Counted from the whole stretch's first letter, positions 13,278-26,928 are shown. The stretch: 63,336 bases of DNA, filler included, from Octopus bimaculoides (GCF_001194135.2; 6 parts of 6 records of this genome joined end to end with filler, not necessarily neighbours in it); one strand, 5' to 3'. Program-made: numbers and translations. The notes: generated by a model not told the origin, from the sequence alone.

Positions 13278-14099
13278 CTTCAATAAATAGTATGAAACAA
13301 AAAATATAAAGAATATCATTAAAATACGGCTTAAAATACAATGAAAATGTTTTACTTATTGTTTTCACAGGTACGTGAATAATTTTGCTGGGTTTTATCT
13401 GTATTATAGGCAAGGCTAGCACTAGGATTTACTTGCACCTTGGGCAAACTGAATTTCAATCTCCTTGTGTATGACTGTTTATAATTTCCACATTGTGAAA
13501 AAACTATAAATGAAGGAATAAAATATACATTACAATATACAAGCAGAAGAGAATAGTTCAAATACAGCAACAGAGTTTCAAATCCTTTAATTCGCATAGC
13601 TAGGAGAGATGGAGAGAGAGGGGGAGGACTGACAGACAGAAACAGAAAGAGAAGAAGAGAGAGAGAGACTATATCTACATTACTCAATACATTTTTGTAG
13701 TACAGTCATGAAGATGATTGGTGACAGAAAGTCCACAGATTGGTAGTAATCTGCTGTAAGTATAACAAATCAAAGTATTTTCATATTTTTTAAAATTTCA
13801 TCTACTTAATATTTTCACATTTTTCTCTTTGTATTTGGAAGATCTAAAAATACATGATGTAGCACATCATGAAGATAGCAAAGAAGTGATGAAAACTAAT
13901 CTCATGATGTCAAACCTCAGAGAGGAAATGACAAAGGATTGAGATGGTTGGTAGCACAAAGTGCTGGAGAAGACTTAGCCACCCATGTGTGCATGATGAA
14001 ATTGATGTTAAAACATGTTGGCTTAGAGGAAAAATATATGTATATGTATACACATATATGTATGTGTATGTGTGTGTATGCAAGCACATATACATGAAT

Positions 14100-14444
14100 G
14101 TATGTCTCTTCTATTTTTAATTATTATAAATCTTCCACTGAGGAGGGAGCCGTTTTCCAACAAAGACACAATACTCCATCTTTGGCATGTAGTTAACATA
14201 GACGCATGAGAAAAGTCTTGCATATTTTTACTGTTCCACTCACAGATTGGACTTGTACGAATCAGCCAGTCAATTTCGCTTTCTGAAAATCCCAGTTTAT
14301 CCAGATTCTCCTTTAAGCATTTACTAACAAAACCTAGTGTTCCAATTATTATTGGTTTGAATATGAATTCATAGCCTGGATATAGAAGCTGGAGGTTTCG
14401 AAGTAGTTGTCCATAGATATCCTCTTTTTCTTTGATTTTCAAAG

Positions 14445-14480
<36 letters not shown>

Positions 14481-17090
14481 GTGCGTGCGTGCGTGCATGC
14501 GTGCGTGCGTGTGTGTGACTCTCTTCTGTATTTAATCATTTAGATTCTTCCTCTGAAGAATGAGCTGGTTTCTGACAAAGATACAAAGCTCCATCATTGG
14601 AATGTAGATAACTAAATCAATGTCACATTTTAAACCTGAGAAAAGTCTCGCATAGTTTTACTGTTCCACTTACAGATTGTATTTGTAATGTGCGAATCAG
14701 TTGGTTGATTTCTTTTTCTGAAAATCCACGCTTATCCAGATTGACAGTTAGGCATTTACTTACAAAACCAAGTGGTATGAATGTAAATTTTTAATCTGGA
14801 TATAGAATCTGGAGGTTTCGAAGCAGTTGTCCATAGTTAGCTTCTTTCTTTTCGATTTTCAAGGAGATATTCACATCAGCAGGACAGCTAACTTCTATGA
14901 CAGTACATACTTTTTCTTGTCTGTTCCAAACAACAATATCTGGCCTGACAGATGTTTTGCTGGAGATGTTCCACCAGTATTCCTTGTGCTGGTATTTATG
15001 TATTCAATAACAGGGGCATTCTCTATATTCCGGGACAGCCTTTTTTCCAAATGGCATTGTATATTGTTTTTGCAACATCAAGTCGCACTGGGACATAATA
15101 CTTTGATGACATTTTGGGGCAGCTGCTAATCACATGTGTGATGTCTTCCACAGAAATATGACATAAGCTACATTTACAGTTGCATCTTGGAACTTCAAGA
15201 ACTTCATTGTCTCTTTTATTGATTAGGTATTGAGTAGCAATCTCTTGTTCTTGAATTGTGTATGCATAACCTTCGAAATGTGATGTGATGTAGAAATCAC
15301 AAGCCCAAGTGAGGCTTCACTTCATGTTAATGTTACTATCTTCTTCATGTGTCCGAGAAACATACCCACCCATGCATGGTCTTTTTTTTGGCATGCTGAG
15401 CATTTCACATCCAGGTTTTCTTTGAGGTATGCTAGTCCAGCTGATTTGGGGTTGTATGAGAGGTTATCAGGAAGAGAATACTTCCTGAGAACATCACTTC
15501 CAACATATAGGATATTGTTTTCTTCACTTTTCAGCACCAAGGTAATGTATTCATTTTTGCTGCTGTTGTTGAGCAAGTGCTGTCTGAGAGTGACTATGTG
15601 ACATTCAAAGCCTGTATGCACTAACCTCCTTTATCGCTTCTTAGAGCTTCTCAATATCACTATTTTTGCATTGATTTCCATTTGATGTTAGAATCTTGTG
15701 GGTTTTAATGTCTATGGAGTGGGTTTCTTTTACCAGTCAAGTATCCCAAATGTTAGAATCAGCACTGGTATTACAAATGCATTATGGGATATTGTTTAGT
15801 TGTAAGAGGAGACTTCGATCTGCCATATTTTTCTTAGTCTGGTGTAATATTCTTGAGTTACTCTATCTTTATTCCCAGTACCTTGGTATGATAGATTTTC
15901 ATCAATGCCAAGGTACTTGTAATATTCTTTGTGTGGGACAAGAGAGATGGTGAGACCATTGATGCACAGGTTTTGTGTCTAGGAGACTGATTTTCCCCAT
16001 TCAACAATTAAATAAGAATATTTCTTCAGGCCAAATTCCATTCTTATGTCAGCTGAAAATGTTGTTATTAATTCCAGTTGCTTTTTGGCATTTCTAACAT
16101 TTTTTGCATAAATCTTGAGGTCATCCAGAAAGAAATTATGGGTTACATTAATATTTCTTACAGTTGCAGACCTTAACATGCAACCATTAGTTTTTTATAG
16201 CAAGAATGATATTGGGTTTAATGTCAAAATGAACAGATGCTCAGAGAGCTTATATCCCTGTATGTATGTATTTATATATCTATGTATGTATGTACATACG
16301 TACATACTTACGTACATATGTATGTATGTATGTCATTGTTCAGTTTTATATCAAGATTTCTTGCCAATAGAGAAAGAGTTGGTTTCTATCCTAGATCCAA
16401 GGCTCCTTCATTGGAATTTCTATATCAACAATAGGATATTTTTGTATGTATGTATGCATGTATGTATGTATGCATGTGTGTATGTATGTATGCATGTGTG
16501 TATGTATGTATGTATGCATGTATGTATGTATGTATGCATGTATGTATGTATGTATGTATGCATGTATGTATGTATGTTGTTATTCAGTTTATTTCAAAAT
16601 TTCTTGCCAATAGAGGAAGAATCGGTTTCTAACCTAGATCCAAGGTTCCTTCATTGGAACATCAAAAACAGGGTATTTTTGTTGTATGTATGTATGTATG
16701 CATGTATGTATGTATGTATTCTCATGCATATAGTTGCATATCTAGACATGCTTATATATATTTAAATGATAAAACTTGTGGAAAGTTTTACAGATTTTTA
16801 CAGTTCCAGTGAAGGATTGGATGTGTAGTCTTTCAATTGGCTTTCTCCTTTCTGGTTTTGAGAAGCTTAATTTCTCAAGATTGGTATTTAGGCAGTGTGT
16901 TACATATCCCAGGGCCCCAATAATTACAGGTATAAACCTGAACTTGTAATCTGGATAGAGTAACTGCAGATTTCTCAATACTTCAGCGTAGGCGTTCTCT
17001 TTTTCACTGATCTTCAGCTTTATGTTTTATGTTAACATCCGCTGGGCAGTTAATTTCCACAACTGTGCACAGTTTCTCTTCTTCTTCTTC
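14100..17090 (-). mobile_element. Cluster of R4/Dong-like (restriction-like endonuclease) non-LTR retrotransposon 3' ends separated by (TATG)n/(TG)n microsatellites
   Basis: RT piece THNFFLDDLKIYAK..TFSADIRMEFGL (15979-16179); CCHC knuckle CSLCHISVEDITHVISSCPKMS; RLE motif RPDIVVWNRQEKVCTVIEVSCPADVN; the YGQLLRNLQLLYP..FIPxIIG.LG C-terminus occurs three times and the 3' UTR unit four times. Confidence 0.85.
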
Positions 17091-17289
17091 TTCTTCTTCT
17101 TCTTGTATGTATGTATGTATGTATGTATGTAATGTGTGTATGTAATGTGTGTATGTAATGTATGTGTGTATGTATGTATGTATGTATGTATGTATGTATT
17201 TGTTTGCTTGTATTTGTTTTACAGCTGGCTTCCATTGTTTCACAGCTGGCTGCACTTCCTATCTTCCCTATCACTATTACCTATTTTTC

Positions 17290-17520
17290 AAGGGCATATG
17301 GCGTAGTGGTTAAGAGCGCAGGCTACTAACCCCAAGATTCCAAGTTTGATTACAGGCAGTGACCTGAATAATAATAACATCGAAAAAATACCTTAGGAAT
17401 GAGAACCTAGGTTCAAAATTTCCCCAAGACACCTAATGAAGGCTGGAGGGTGTATCAGCCGAAACATTGTGTTAACAACATCAAAATGAGGACAAATATC
17501 CATCAAATGTAAATAATGTA
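17290..17520 (+). mobile_element. tRNA-derived SINE with a hammerhead-like motif in its body
   Basis: A-box TGGCGTAGTGG (~17299), B-box-like GTTTGATTAC (~17344), AT-rich tail; hammerhead-like core at 17428-17473. Confidence 0.7.
17428..17473 (+). ncRNA. Degenerate minimal type I hammerhead ribozyme motif
   Basis: gacac-CTAATGA-a-ggctg(gagggtgtat)cagcc-GAAAC-ATT-gtgtt: stem I gacac/gtgtt, stem II ggctg/cagcc; two G>A changes from CTGATGA and GAAACGTT. Confidence 0.6.
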
Positions 17521-17729
17521 AATAAGGGAATTTTAATTTGACACTTCTGGTGTAGAAGCAAAACTTGGTATCAAAGTTCCTTAAGGTTAATTAGCGAAGA
17601 CAAAAGTTCTAGTTAGAAGGAAAATAGGCAGAGAGCTAATCCCTTCAGGTAAATAGTTCTGTTTGATATGTAGAAGAGGTTTTGGTAGAAATCCCATATG
17701 GTGTACTCAGTGCAAACTATGGACACATC

Positions 17730-18360
17730 AGAGGAGCAGTGGAATCACAGGAAGGTTAACAGAGAAAGTAGACTTTGTGGCAGATGCATAGGTGAAATAA
17801 ACACACAAAAATTGATTTCCTTAAATGCTCAGGAGGATCCTTAGAGGTAGTGGATAGGTGAACTAATTAGCAGGGCTAAAAGAATAGTTGCTTGAAAAAA
17901 AAAAGCTAGAGAAAGCTCAGAGAAGTATTACTCTGTTGGTAACAAAAGGTCTCTCTCTCTCTTTCTCTCAGAGTGTGGGGTAGATAATATTATAGCTGTG
18001 TAAAACAGCAATGCTACATAGTTGTAAAACTTGGGTTGTGGATGTAGAGGAAATGCAAAGACTAGAAAGAAATGAGGTTAGCATGCTCCACTGGATATGC
18101 AACATCGGTGTACATGCATTACAAAGTACAAATGTGTTGCGAGGAGAATTGAGCATAAGAAGCATCAGATGTGGTGTGCAAGAGAAAAGACTGTGCTTGT
18201 ATCTGTTGTCATGTGATGCAGATGGATGAGGACAGCTGTATAAAGTAAAGTACCCATTGCTAAATGTAGAAGGAACCTGTGGAAGAGGAAGACCCAAGAA
18301 GATCTCTTGGAGGAAATGACAAAAAATGGAGATGAGTGGGATGCACTTGAGAAGACCGCT
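17730..18360 (+). mobile_element. Degraded RTE LINE 3' fragment
   Basis: MLHSCKTWVVDVEEMQRLERNEVSMLHWICN...IRSIRCGVQEKRL and VEGTCGRGRPKK, homologous to the other RTE C-termini here. Confidence 0.8.
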
Positions 18361-18670
18361 TCAACTCGGTAAAAATGAGGTACAGTCAAGTCTTCTCTCA
18401 CAACTCATCTTGTAATACTCATCTCTCCATTCGATCTTCTAACTGTGATACTATTCACGCAGCTGCTGTATTCCTCCCTACACTTCACATTCTATCCCTA
18501 CTACTGTCCCTTGTCACCTCTTCCTCTCTAACCTACAAATATTTCCTTTCTTTCACTTCCCTTCCTCCACCAAACTGATATTTACTGTATCCACCTCAAC
18601 CCTTATCTCTAATCATTTGTTACACTCTTTTCAATCTAGTGCACTCACCATTTCTATTCTTCTATCCCTA

Positions 18671-18780
<110 letters not shown>

Positions 18781-19338
18781 CACCTTGTATCTTGACCTCA
18801 CATTTTTCTGTCATTCCAGATGGGAAAGCCAGGTGTTCCCTTCCCTCTTGGGCAAGACACCTGCTCCTGTCTTTCTATGATACTTTTATATCCCCCAATA
18901 CTATATTTCACTCAGTTGAGCAGTCTCGTCTTGCAAGTTCTTGGTGACCTCACCAGTACTGGTACCATGACAAACGTTAATAAAGAAATAAAAAGTACTC
19001 AGTACACTCTGTAAAGGGGTTGGCATTAGAGGGACGTCTAGTTGTAGAAACCATGCTAAAATAGACACTGGAGCTCAACACAGCTTTTTGGCTCACTGGT
19101 TTCTGTTGAACTGTCCAACCCATGCCAGCATAGAAAAGGGCATGTTAATGGATGATGAGAATGATGTTACAACTGGCTTGCATGAAATAAATTCATGCAG
19201 AAGGCTTTAGTTGGCCTAGGGCTATATTAGAATATACTTGCCCAAGCAGTTACTCAGTGAGAGTGAACCAGAAATCACATGGTTATATGTATTTTTTATC
19301 CACACAGCTATGTCTGCACTTGTAAGTATATTTGTATG

Positions 19339-19373
<35 letters not shown>

Positions 19374-19844
19374 ATGTGTATGTGTGTGTACATGTGTGCA
19401 TGTGTGTGTATGTATGTATGTATGTACACGTCTGGGTCTCACCAATATGTCCTTGTCAAGTTTGCATCTACTGCTTCTCTTATCTTTGTTACCTTCTCAT
19501 CTCTTTATCACTCATCTCACCATTACTCATGCATTCTTCTTTCCCTCATCCACCTTCTTTCCATTTCTTTCCTTTCTATTTGTTGTAGTATTTTACTGGT
19601 AGAGATTGAAGCTCTTTTTCCACCCCATCATCCTATTTGTACTGCAGTTATTGCTTCTCACCAATGTCACTAGCTATTGATATCCATCAATCACCATTGA
19701 CTACCTCCACCAACTATTCATCACTCTCTGCCTCCCCCCACACATACACACACTCTTAAAACTGACTCACCACTCTTGCTAATTCTTCTTCCATCATTAC
19801 TCTCTCTTCTATTCAGTTTCTTGGACATTACTCTATGATTGTGT

Positions 19845-20095
19845 GGAGGTATGTGGCTTAGTGGTTAGGGAATTGGATTCATTATCATAAGACTGTGGTT
19901 TTGATTACTGGACTGGCTGATGCATTGTATTCTTGAGTGAAACACTTCATTTCACATTGTACCAGTTCACTAAGCTAGCAAAAATTAATAATCCTGCAAT
20001 GGACTGACATCCCATCCAGGTGCGGAATATATACGCCATGAAATTAGGAAACTAGCCCTTGTGAGTCAGCATAACTCAAGAAAGTAACTTTACCA
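19845..20095 (+). mobile_element. tRNA-derived SINE (family with a central conserved domain)
   Basis: TGGCTTAGTGGTTAGGG A-box, B-box-like GTTTTGATTACT, then CTTGAG..ACACTTCATTTCACATTG..CAGTTCAC; a partial relative lies at ~26215-26345. Confidence 0.65.
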
Positions 20096-21864
20096 TTTTG
20101 ACTCTCTGATGTGTACAAATACATCCTAAAATAGTAGGACTCTCCAGCCTTACATGATATAGAGTAGGTTCACTAGTGGAGGGTCATGATAAAGTGTGTC
20201 CAGTACACTTTATTACATACTGACTGCATAAAGAGTTTGGAAAATAAACAGAGGCAATATAGGGTCATGAGGACCCTTTAGTCTTGTCCAAAACATGATA
20301 ATTTTTCTAGTACTGGTACCATAAAAGACATCAAGTACACTGTGTACAATGATTAATGATAGGAAAGCCATACTAACCAAACCAAAAAAATTTGTACAAG
20401 CAAGATGTGTACATGTCACCCATCTAGAAGAGCAGTAATTCCAAATAATAATTCATACTGTGATGACTTGTACAATCCATACCAGCATGAAAAGTGGATG
20501 TAAAATGATGACGATGATTATAATGAAGATGACAATGATGGCATTCTTGTTGTTCACATTGAAGAACTGGTTACTATTAAAATTTTGGCAATATATAAAT
20601 TCTAAACTACCTAAAATGCTATCTCATCTACATTTATCAGTAAATTATAAAATCAGGCTTATACACTTCCACAATGTATCTAAAGACCCATGGTTGAAAA
20701 CCATGACATTAAACTTTAAGAATTAAAAGGATTAAATGACAGAACCATGGAAAAGATAAAGACATTGAGAAGGACTCAAGAATAGATTTGTATGAATGAA
20801 AAATAAGATACTTATTCAAGGCAGTGCTGCAGCATGGCCACAGTTAAAATGACTGAAACGAGTAAAAGAATAGAAGAATACTGAAAGTCATGATAATACC
20901 ACTTAAAATTAGTAGCGGGGCAACTGAATTCAAAATTCAAGTTTTTATTGCAGAAAATAGTAAAATATTTTTAAGTAAGTTTGAATCAAAGCAGATGTAA
21001 ATGAAGGTGATATTAAAAACGTTGGAACTGATGATAAATAGTACAAATAATATATGTATATGTATACCCAAGTCTGTGTATATGAATATACTTGAAAGAG
21101 TGAAATTAATAAATAGATTATAAGAATTTGTCTGATGAGTAACTGATACTAACTTTGTTTTATAATCCTTTGAAGTCTGTGTAGAGGTCTTGAGATGAAA
21201 ATAAATAGGAAATACAAGCCAACAGAATGTAAAAATAATTTGTTCTACACATTATAAATCCTCTAGACAATGAGAGAAACTCCTGATTTAGAGACAACAA
21301 ATTTAAATATTAAGAGCAAGAGAGGTGTTTAAACAAAGTGAACTTGAAGAATAGATTGAAATGACAAGCTGAGTTATTTAGTTTGAGAAAGGGAAGAGAA
21401 AAATAAGAGAGAGAGAAGCATAAAATTAAACATAGTCATGTCACAAAAGAAAAATCAGAATTAATAAGTGTCATAAAATGAAAGGCAAGTATTTTGAGAA
21501 AAATAGTTATAATGAGCTGAGTTGTAGATATTTCACTTCACTTTCAACTAAAATAAATTTACAGTAAGATAGGGGATGATATTGTGGTATTGAGCGAGTT
21601 GCTTAAATGAGAGTGATCTATAGAAGATATGATCCTGAATAGATGGAAATAAAGATAAGAAATGATACAAATTCTAAATTTAATGAATGACACAATACAG
21701 ATGATGGTGCTGAGAATGAGAAAACCATTTTAAAACTCATGTAGCAAGTGCATTCTATTCTGGTCATTTTTTTTTTTTTTTAATAAATTAAAATAGAAAA
21801 TCCTTTTGAAAGTTATTTAATAAGTAATGAAACAAATATAATTTTTTAAATATAACCTACTTAC

Positions 21865-21935
21865 TCAAAGTAAAGTCGGTCATGTTCTTTAGCTATATTC
21901 CAGATTCTGCCAAATCCTCCCAAGACAATACAACC
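21865..21935 (-). CDS. SLC5 symporter internal exon, 71 bp
   Basis: tttttttctcag|GGTTGT...TACTTTGA|gtaagt; encodes GCIVLGGFGRIWNIAKEHDRLYF(D) (SLC5 GG...VW..A...RL.F motif). Confidence 0.92.
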
Positions 21936-22974
21936 CTGAGAAAAAAATTGGCTGGAATTATTTGAATGCAAAGAAACCAATTTATAATAGTTAATCTTGG
22001 TGTTTAGCTCAATTAACTTTCCTTACAAAAAAATAATAAATAAATAAAAATAAGAAGTATTATCCTATTGAAGAATGAAAATTATCTTCAGTTTCAATAT
22101 TTCTAGTCAAAAATATATACAATAATTAAATTATTTCCTCTTAATAGTTCTCTTATCATTAATAAAATGGTAATTCAGTGATACTGAAGTATTTTCCAAG
22201 TTTCAGTTGAGTTGTAGTTTTACAATTTTTTCTTATTTTCTGTTCACATGCAACCAAGACATTGAGGTTCTCTCTGGAGAAATATCATGTAACAGAAACT
22301 CAACTTGTGTCCTGCAGCCAAACCAACAACAGATACTCTTTCAGTGAGTTAATCACTCGGATACTATATTCCTAGATTTTAGTCATGACTTTGTCTTATA
22401 CTCATTTAGTTGATTTCTATCAAATAGCTAAATTCATGTGACTTTCATATCTTTAAGGTGTTATTTCCCTCTTAAGGACTTAAGTTTACAAAGTAACTTA
22501 AACCCACAAAGACTTTACACCTATTTATAGGTATACATACACACACACACACGTGTGTGTGTGTATGTGTGTGTTTGTTTATGTGTGACAGGCTTCTACA
22601 CAATTTCTATTAACCAAACTGCACTCACAAAGCATTGGTCAATTCTAGGCTTTAGTAAAAGTCACTTACCCAAGATATCATTCAATGGCATCAAACCCAA
22701 AACCATGTAGTTGCATGCTTGTACCAGTGCATAAAAAATTATGTACCGAACAATATCATTTCAGCTCAATGTTCTCTAGTAATGTCTCCTAGAGACCTCC
22801 ATCCTTAACATGTCTTGAATTTTAATACAAAAGAAATTGTTTCCACATCAAAATTTCAAAATATACTTAAAGTTTCTCTTTAGAGGTTTTCATTATCCTT
22901 ATAAATTTATATTTAATTTTCAAAAATACTACCAATTTATTCTTCTTTTTATGACAACCCTTATATGATATTAA

Positions 22975-23152
22975 CCATGCATTGCTGTGTGGTAAGAAGT
23001 TTGCTTTCCAAACATGTGATCTTGGGTTCAGTCCCACTGAATGGTACCTTGGGCAAGTGACTTCCACTATAGTCCCCCATTATAGCCCTAGGCTGACCAA
23101 AGTTTCATGGGTGGATTTGGTAGACAAAAACTAAAAGAAGCCTCTGTATGTA

Positions 23153-23189
<37 letters not shown>

Positions 23190-23373
23190 TTGTCCTCCAC
23201 TACCACTTTTTTTTTTTTACATCCCTGTAATTTAGCAGTCTGGCAAAAAGAAACTGATAGAATAGGTACCAGACTTAAAAATAAGTACTGAGGTAGATTT
23301 GTTCAACTAAACCTCTCAAGGTGGTGCCCCAGCATAGCCACAGTCCAAAGACTAAAACAAATAAAAAGTAAAA
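22975..23373 (+). mobile_element. Abundant composite tRNA-SINE with an internal (TG)n microsatellite
   Basis: Head TGTGGTAAGAAGTTTGC..GGGTTCAGTCCCACTG..GGGCAAGTG; tail GGTGC.CCAGCAT.GCC.CAGTC.AA.GACT.AAACAA; at least 10 related copies in the window. Confidence 0.8.
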
Positions 23374-24010
23374 TGTTTGTTGCCACATGGAAGCAATTAC
23401 ATCTGCTCTTTCAATATTTAGAAAACTTCATGTTTGAATTATTTTTCCTTGGTTTTAGAATACATGTCTCTGCATGTAAGAGGCAACTAAAAAGGTTGGC
23501 AACAGGAAAGACATGGCCATAGACACTACCTCAGAAAAGTTGTCCAACCCATTCCATCACAGAGAAGTAGATTTAAAACACTGATGAGGAATCATGATGG
23601 TTCTGATAGATTCCTACTTCAAAGGAGCCAGCAATAATGAATAAACACAGATTTTTCCTGAAAATATCTTTTTTTTTTAACAGATTTTCTCTGAAAGATA
23701 TCCAAGAAAATTTTGAGAATTTGTTTTCATTTTTTATTTTAGTTTTATTTCCTCAATATAAATAAATGAATAGAGAATTTCGCTATAGAGATAAAATGGT
23801 AAGTTTATTTTATTTTACACTGCATTAGTTCAAAAAGCTGTTATCAATAGGTAAGAGATTTTCTGAGAAAAGGTCAATAGAGCTGACTTATATTTTCTGT
23901 TATTTTCTTCATTGTAAATATGGGGACTGACTTCCTTATATTATCTGTCCTTTATGACTAAGAAATCACAGTTATGTAATTTTAATAACTATTTGAAGCA
24001 ATTTACAAAC

Positions 24011-24091
24011 CTGTATAAAGACGGCCACCATTCCTGAATACATAATTGCACTTTGAAACACATCTGTCCACACAACAGCTTTCATTCCGCC
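24011..24091 (-). CDS. SLC5 symporter internal exon, 81 bp
   Basis: tttatttcacag|GGCGGAATG...ATACAG|gtttgt; encodes GGMKAVVWTDVFQSAIMYSGMVAVFIQ, the diagnostic SLC5 GG.KAV.WTDVFQ motif. Confidence 0.95.
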
Positions 24092-24642
24092 CTGTGAAAT
24101 AAATCAACAGTTCCGTCTTTAATAATTATTTCATTTTCTTATTGCTTTAACTGTAGTTATATATAAATATTAATATTAATTAATCAATATCTGAAGTCAT
24201 TTGAAAATTTACTTTATTTTAAGATCATAGTTTTAATGAAATGCATAATCTTTGTGTATTAAATAACTGTGAAAATAATCAAGAATATGGACAAATTTGG
24301 TAAATTAAATAGTTATCACATGGGTTTTTAAAACATAAAATAAGATCTTTATCTAGAAAATAAGGGAAAAGATTGCACATGGGTTAAGGAATAATGTAAA
24401 TTATGAAAGAGTTTGTGCTTTGTTAAATCAAAGAGATTGAAGTATTTAAAGGACCAATATGTTCTATGGATGTAAGGAGTCTTTTCAATAAATTCAGTTA
24501 AGGAAGTTATCCTTAGCAAATAGGATTGTGTGTACACATATATCTGCCGATATGTATAAAGCTGTATATGTGAGGGCATTCCAGCATACATGCATGTGTA
24601 TATGCTTATGTAGGTAAGTGCATATATCACCTGTGAGTGTAA

Positions 24643-24683
<41 letters not shown>

Positions 24684-26928
24684 ATGTGTGTGTGTGTGTG
24701 TAATGAAGAAAAAATAGGATAATTATCCCCTTATACAGCACAACTAATTAGTGCTCTAATAGAGCATCAGGAATATAAAACCAAGAAAGAAAGGACAAAT
24801 TTCAAAGGTTAGTGTTCTTAATCACTCAATATATTTCACAGCATTGGAATCCTTCACAGCATACATAGGTGCACTCATATATATATATGATATAATATAA
24901 AAATATGTAAATATGTAAATATATAAATACATATAAATCATAAATGTACTTGCTTGAGATCTTATGAGGTTGTATATCCATATTAGAAATCATTGAGGAT
25001 ATTAAAAGAAGCACATAGTGAATGAAAAGCGGTAATCCAAATAGATGAAATGGTGGTATAAGAGGATTTTAAGAAGAATCTTCAGCAGGTACAAAGTCTG
25101 ACTTTGTGAGGCGCCCCTCAGTTTTTGTTGAAGCATGTCTCCAGGAGAAGGTCACTCTGATATAAAAGCAGGGAATGATTTTTGGTTTGTGCTTGAGATC
25201 ATGGTGCTCCCACATCCCTAAGCCTGCAACTTATATTGGCACCAGACATCTTGCTCCGGCTTGTCTCTGGATAATGTCAATAAAGTGGAGAGGGTCTATG
25301 AGGTGTTGTGCAAGCCTTATTGGACCTAAAACTCTGCACAGGCATTGCCGACCTCTGCTCGACATGTGCGTTTTTTTTTTCCTTCCCCTATGTATATTTA
25401 TCTTATTTTTAGTATATATNNNNNNNNNNNNNNNNNNNNNNNNNNNNNNNNNNNNNNNNNNNNTTAATTAATTAANNNNNNNNNNNNNNNNNNNNNNNNN
25501 NNNNNNNNNNNNNNNNNNNGTTTATAGATTTGTATGTATGTATGTATGTATGAATGTGTATATGCAGGAAGTGAAAAAAAGAGAGAGGGAGAGGCCAGTA
25601 GGTACATATTTTAATTAATTTATTAGTGCATGCTAGTATCATTAATATTATTATTATTATTATCATCATCATCATCATCATCATCATCATTGCTAGTTAG
25701 CCTGCAGGTGAGCTCAAAATGAACATGAGCTCAGAACCATGGCTAAAAGCATTCCTACTATGAACATCCTGTCTATGTCTATCTAGGGATATGTCATCTA
25801 ATGTGGCACATCTCTACATTTTATTCTTCCTTGCCTTTTCTCAACTGGTAGACACTATTTTTGGAGAGAGATTTCACTGCTGTTTCTAGCATGTTGATCA
25901 AACTCGCAGTGGTCTACCTACAAGACATGAAAGACAATCCAGACATGAGCATACAGTTTTGTCTTGCTTTTTTTTCTCTGATGCATTACGATGCATTTCG
26001 GACATTATTATATAACATGTCCTTCACATTTTAATAAAAAGGGGTATGATTCAAAGGTGGTTTAGTTGCTATTTCTAACGGGTGTATCAGCCATATGGGA
26101 GATCCTTCATTGACTCATGTATACATGATTTGTAGTTTTTGTGTGAGTAAGTATTTCATCACTATCATCATCATTATCATCACCATCATCGTTTTAACGT
26201 CTTCTTTTCTATACTTGGTGGCTTAGTGGTTAGGGTGTTGGACTCATGATCATAACATTGTGGTTTCAATTTCTGGACCAGACAATGTGTTGCGTTCCTG
26301 AGCAAATCACTTCTTTTCATGTTGCTTCAGTTCACTCAGCCAAGGGCCGACACAGCTTGGTGCCAGTGGCATTGCAACTCCTTTTTACAGCTGAGTGAAC
26401 TGGAGCAACATGAAATAAAGTGCCTTGCTCAAGAACACAACACACAGCCCAGTCCGGGAATCAAACTCACAACCTCACGATCGTAAGATTGATGCTCTAA
26501 TCATTCTATTACGATTTTTGTATTTGGTTTGCAAGATTCTTGATTTGAATTCATGTGTTGAAAACAAATGTTGCTGTGNNNNNNNNNNNNNNNNNNNNNN
26601 NNNNNNNNNNNNNNNNNNNNNNNNNNNNNNNNNNNNNNNNNNNNNNNNNNNNNNNNNNNNNNNNNNNNNNNNNNNNNNNNNNNNNNNNNNNNNNNNNNNN
26701 NNNNNNNNNNNNNNNNNNNNNNNNNNNNNNNNNNNNNNNNNNNNNNNNNNNNNNNNNNNNNNNNNNNNNNNNNNNNNNNNNNNNNNNNNNNNNNNNNNNN
26801 NNNNNNNNNNNNNNNNNNNNNNNNNNNNNNNNNNNNNNNNNNNNNNNNNNNNNNNNNNNNNNNNNNNNNNNNNNNNNNNNNNNNNNNNNNNNNNNNNNNN
26901 NNNNNNNNNNNNNNNNNNNNNNNNNNNN

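Noticed and set aside
14540-16660. CCAATGA...GAAAC in the R4-like 3' UTR read as a hammerhead
   Set aside because: GAAAC lies inside the loop of the GAGCC/GGCTC stem instead of following stem II, no copy has CUGANGA, and no stem I or III can be drawn.
16260-16720. Repeat-spacer-like alternation resembling a CRISPR array
   Set aside because: The constant parts are (TATG)n microsatellite and the ~110-bp units are homologous retrotransposon 3' UTRs; the DNA is eukaryotic and has no cas genes.
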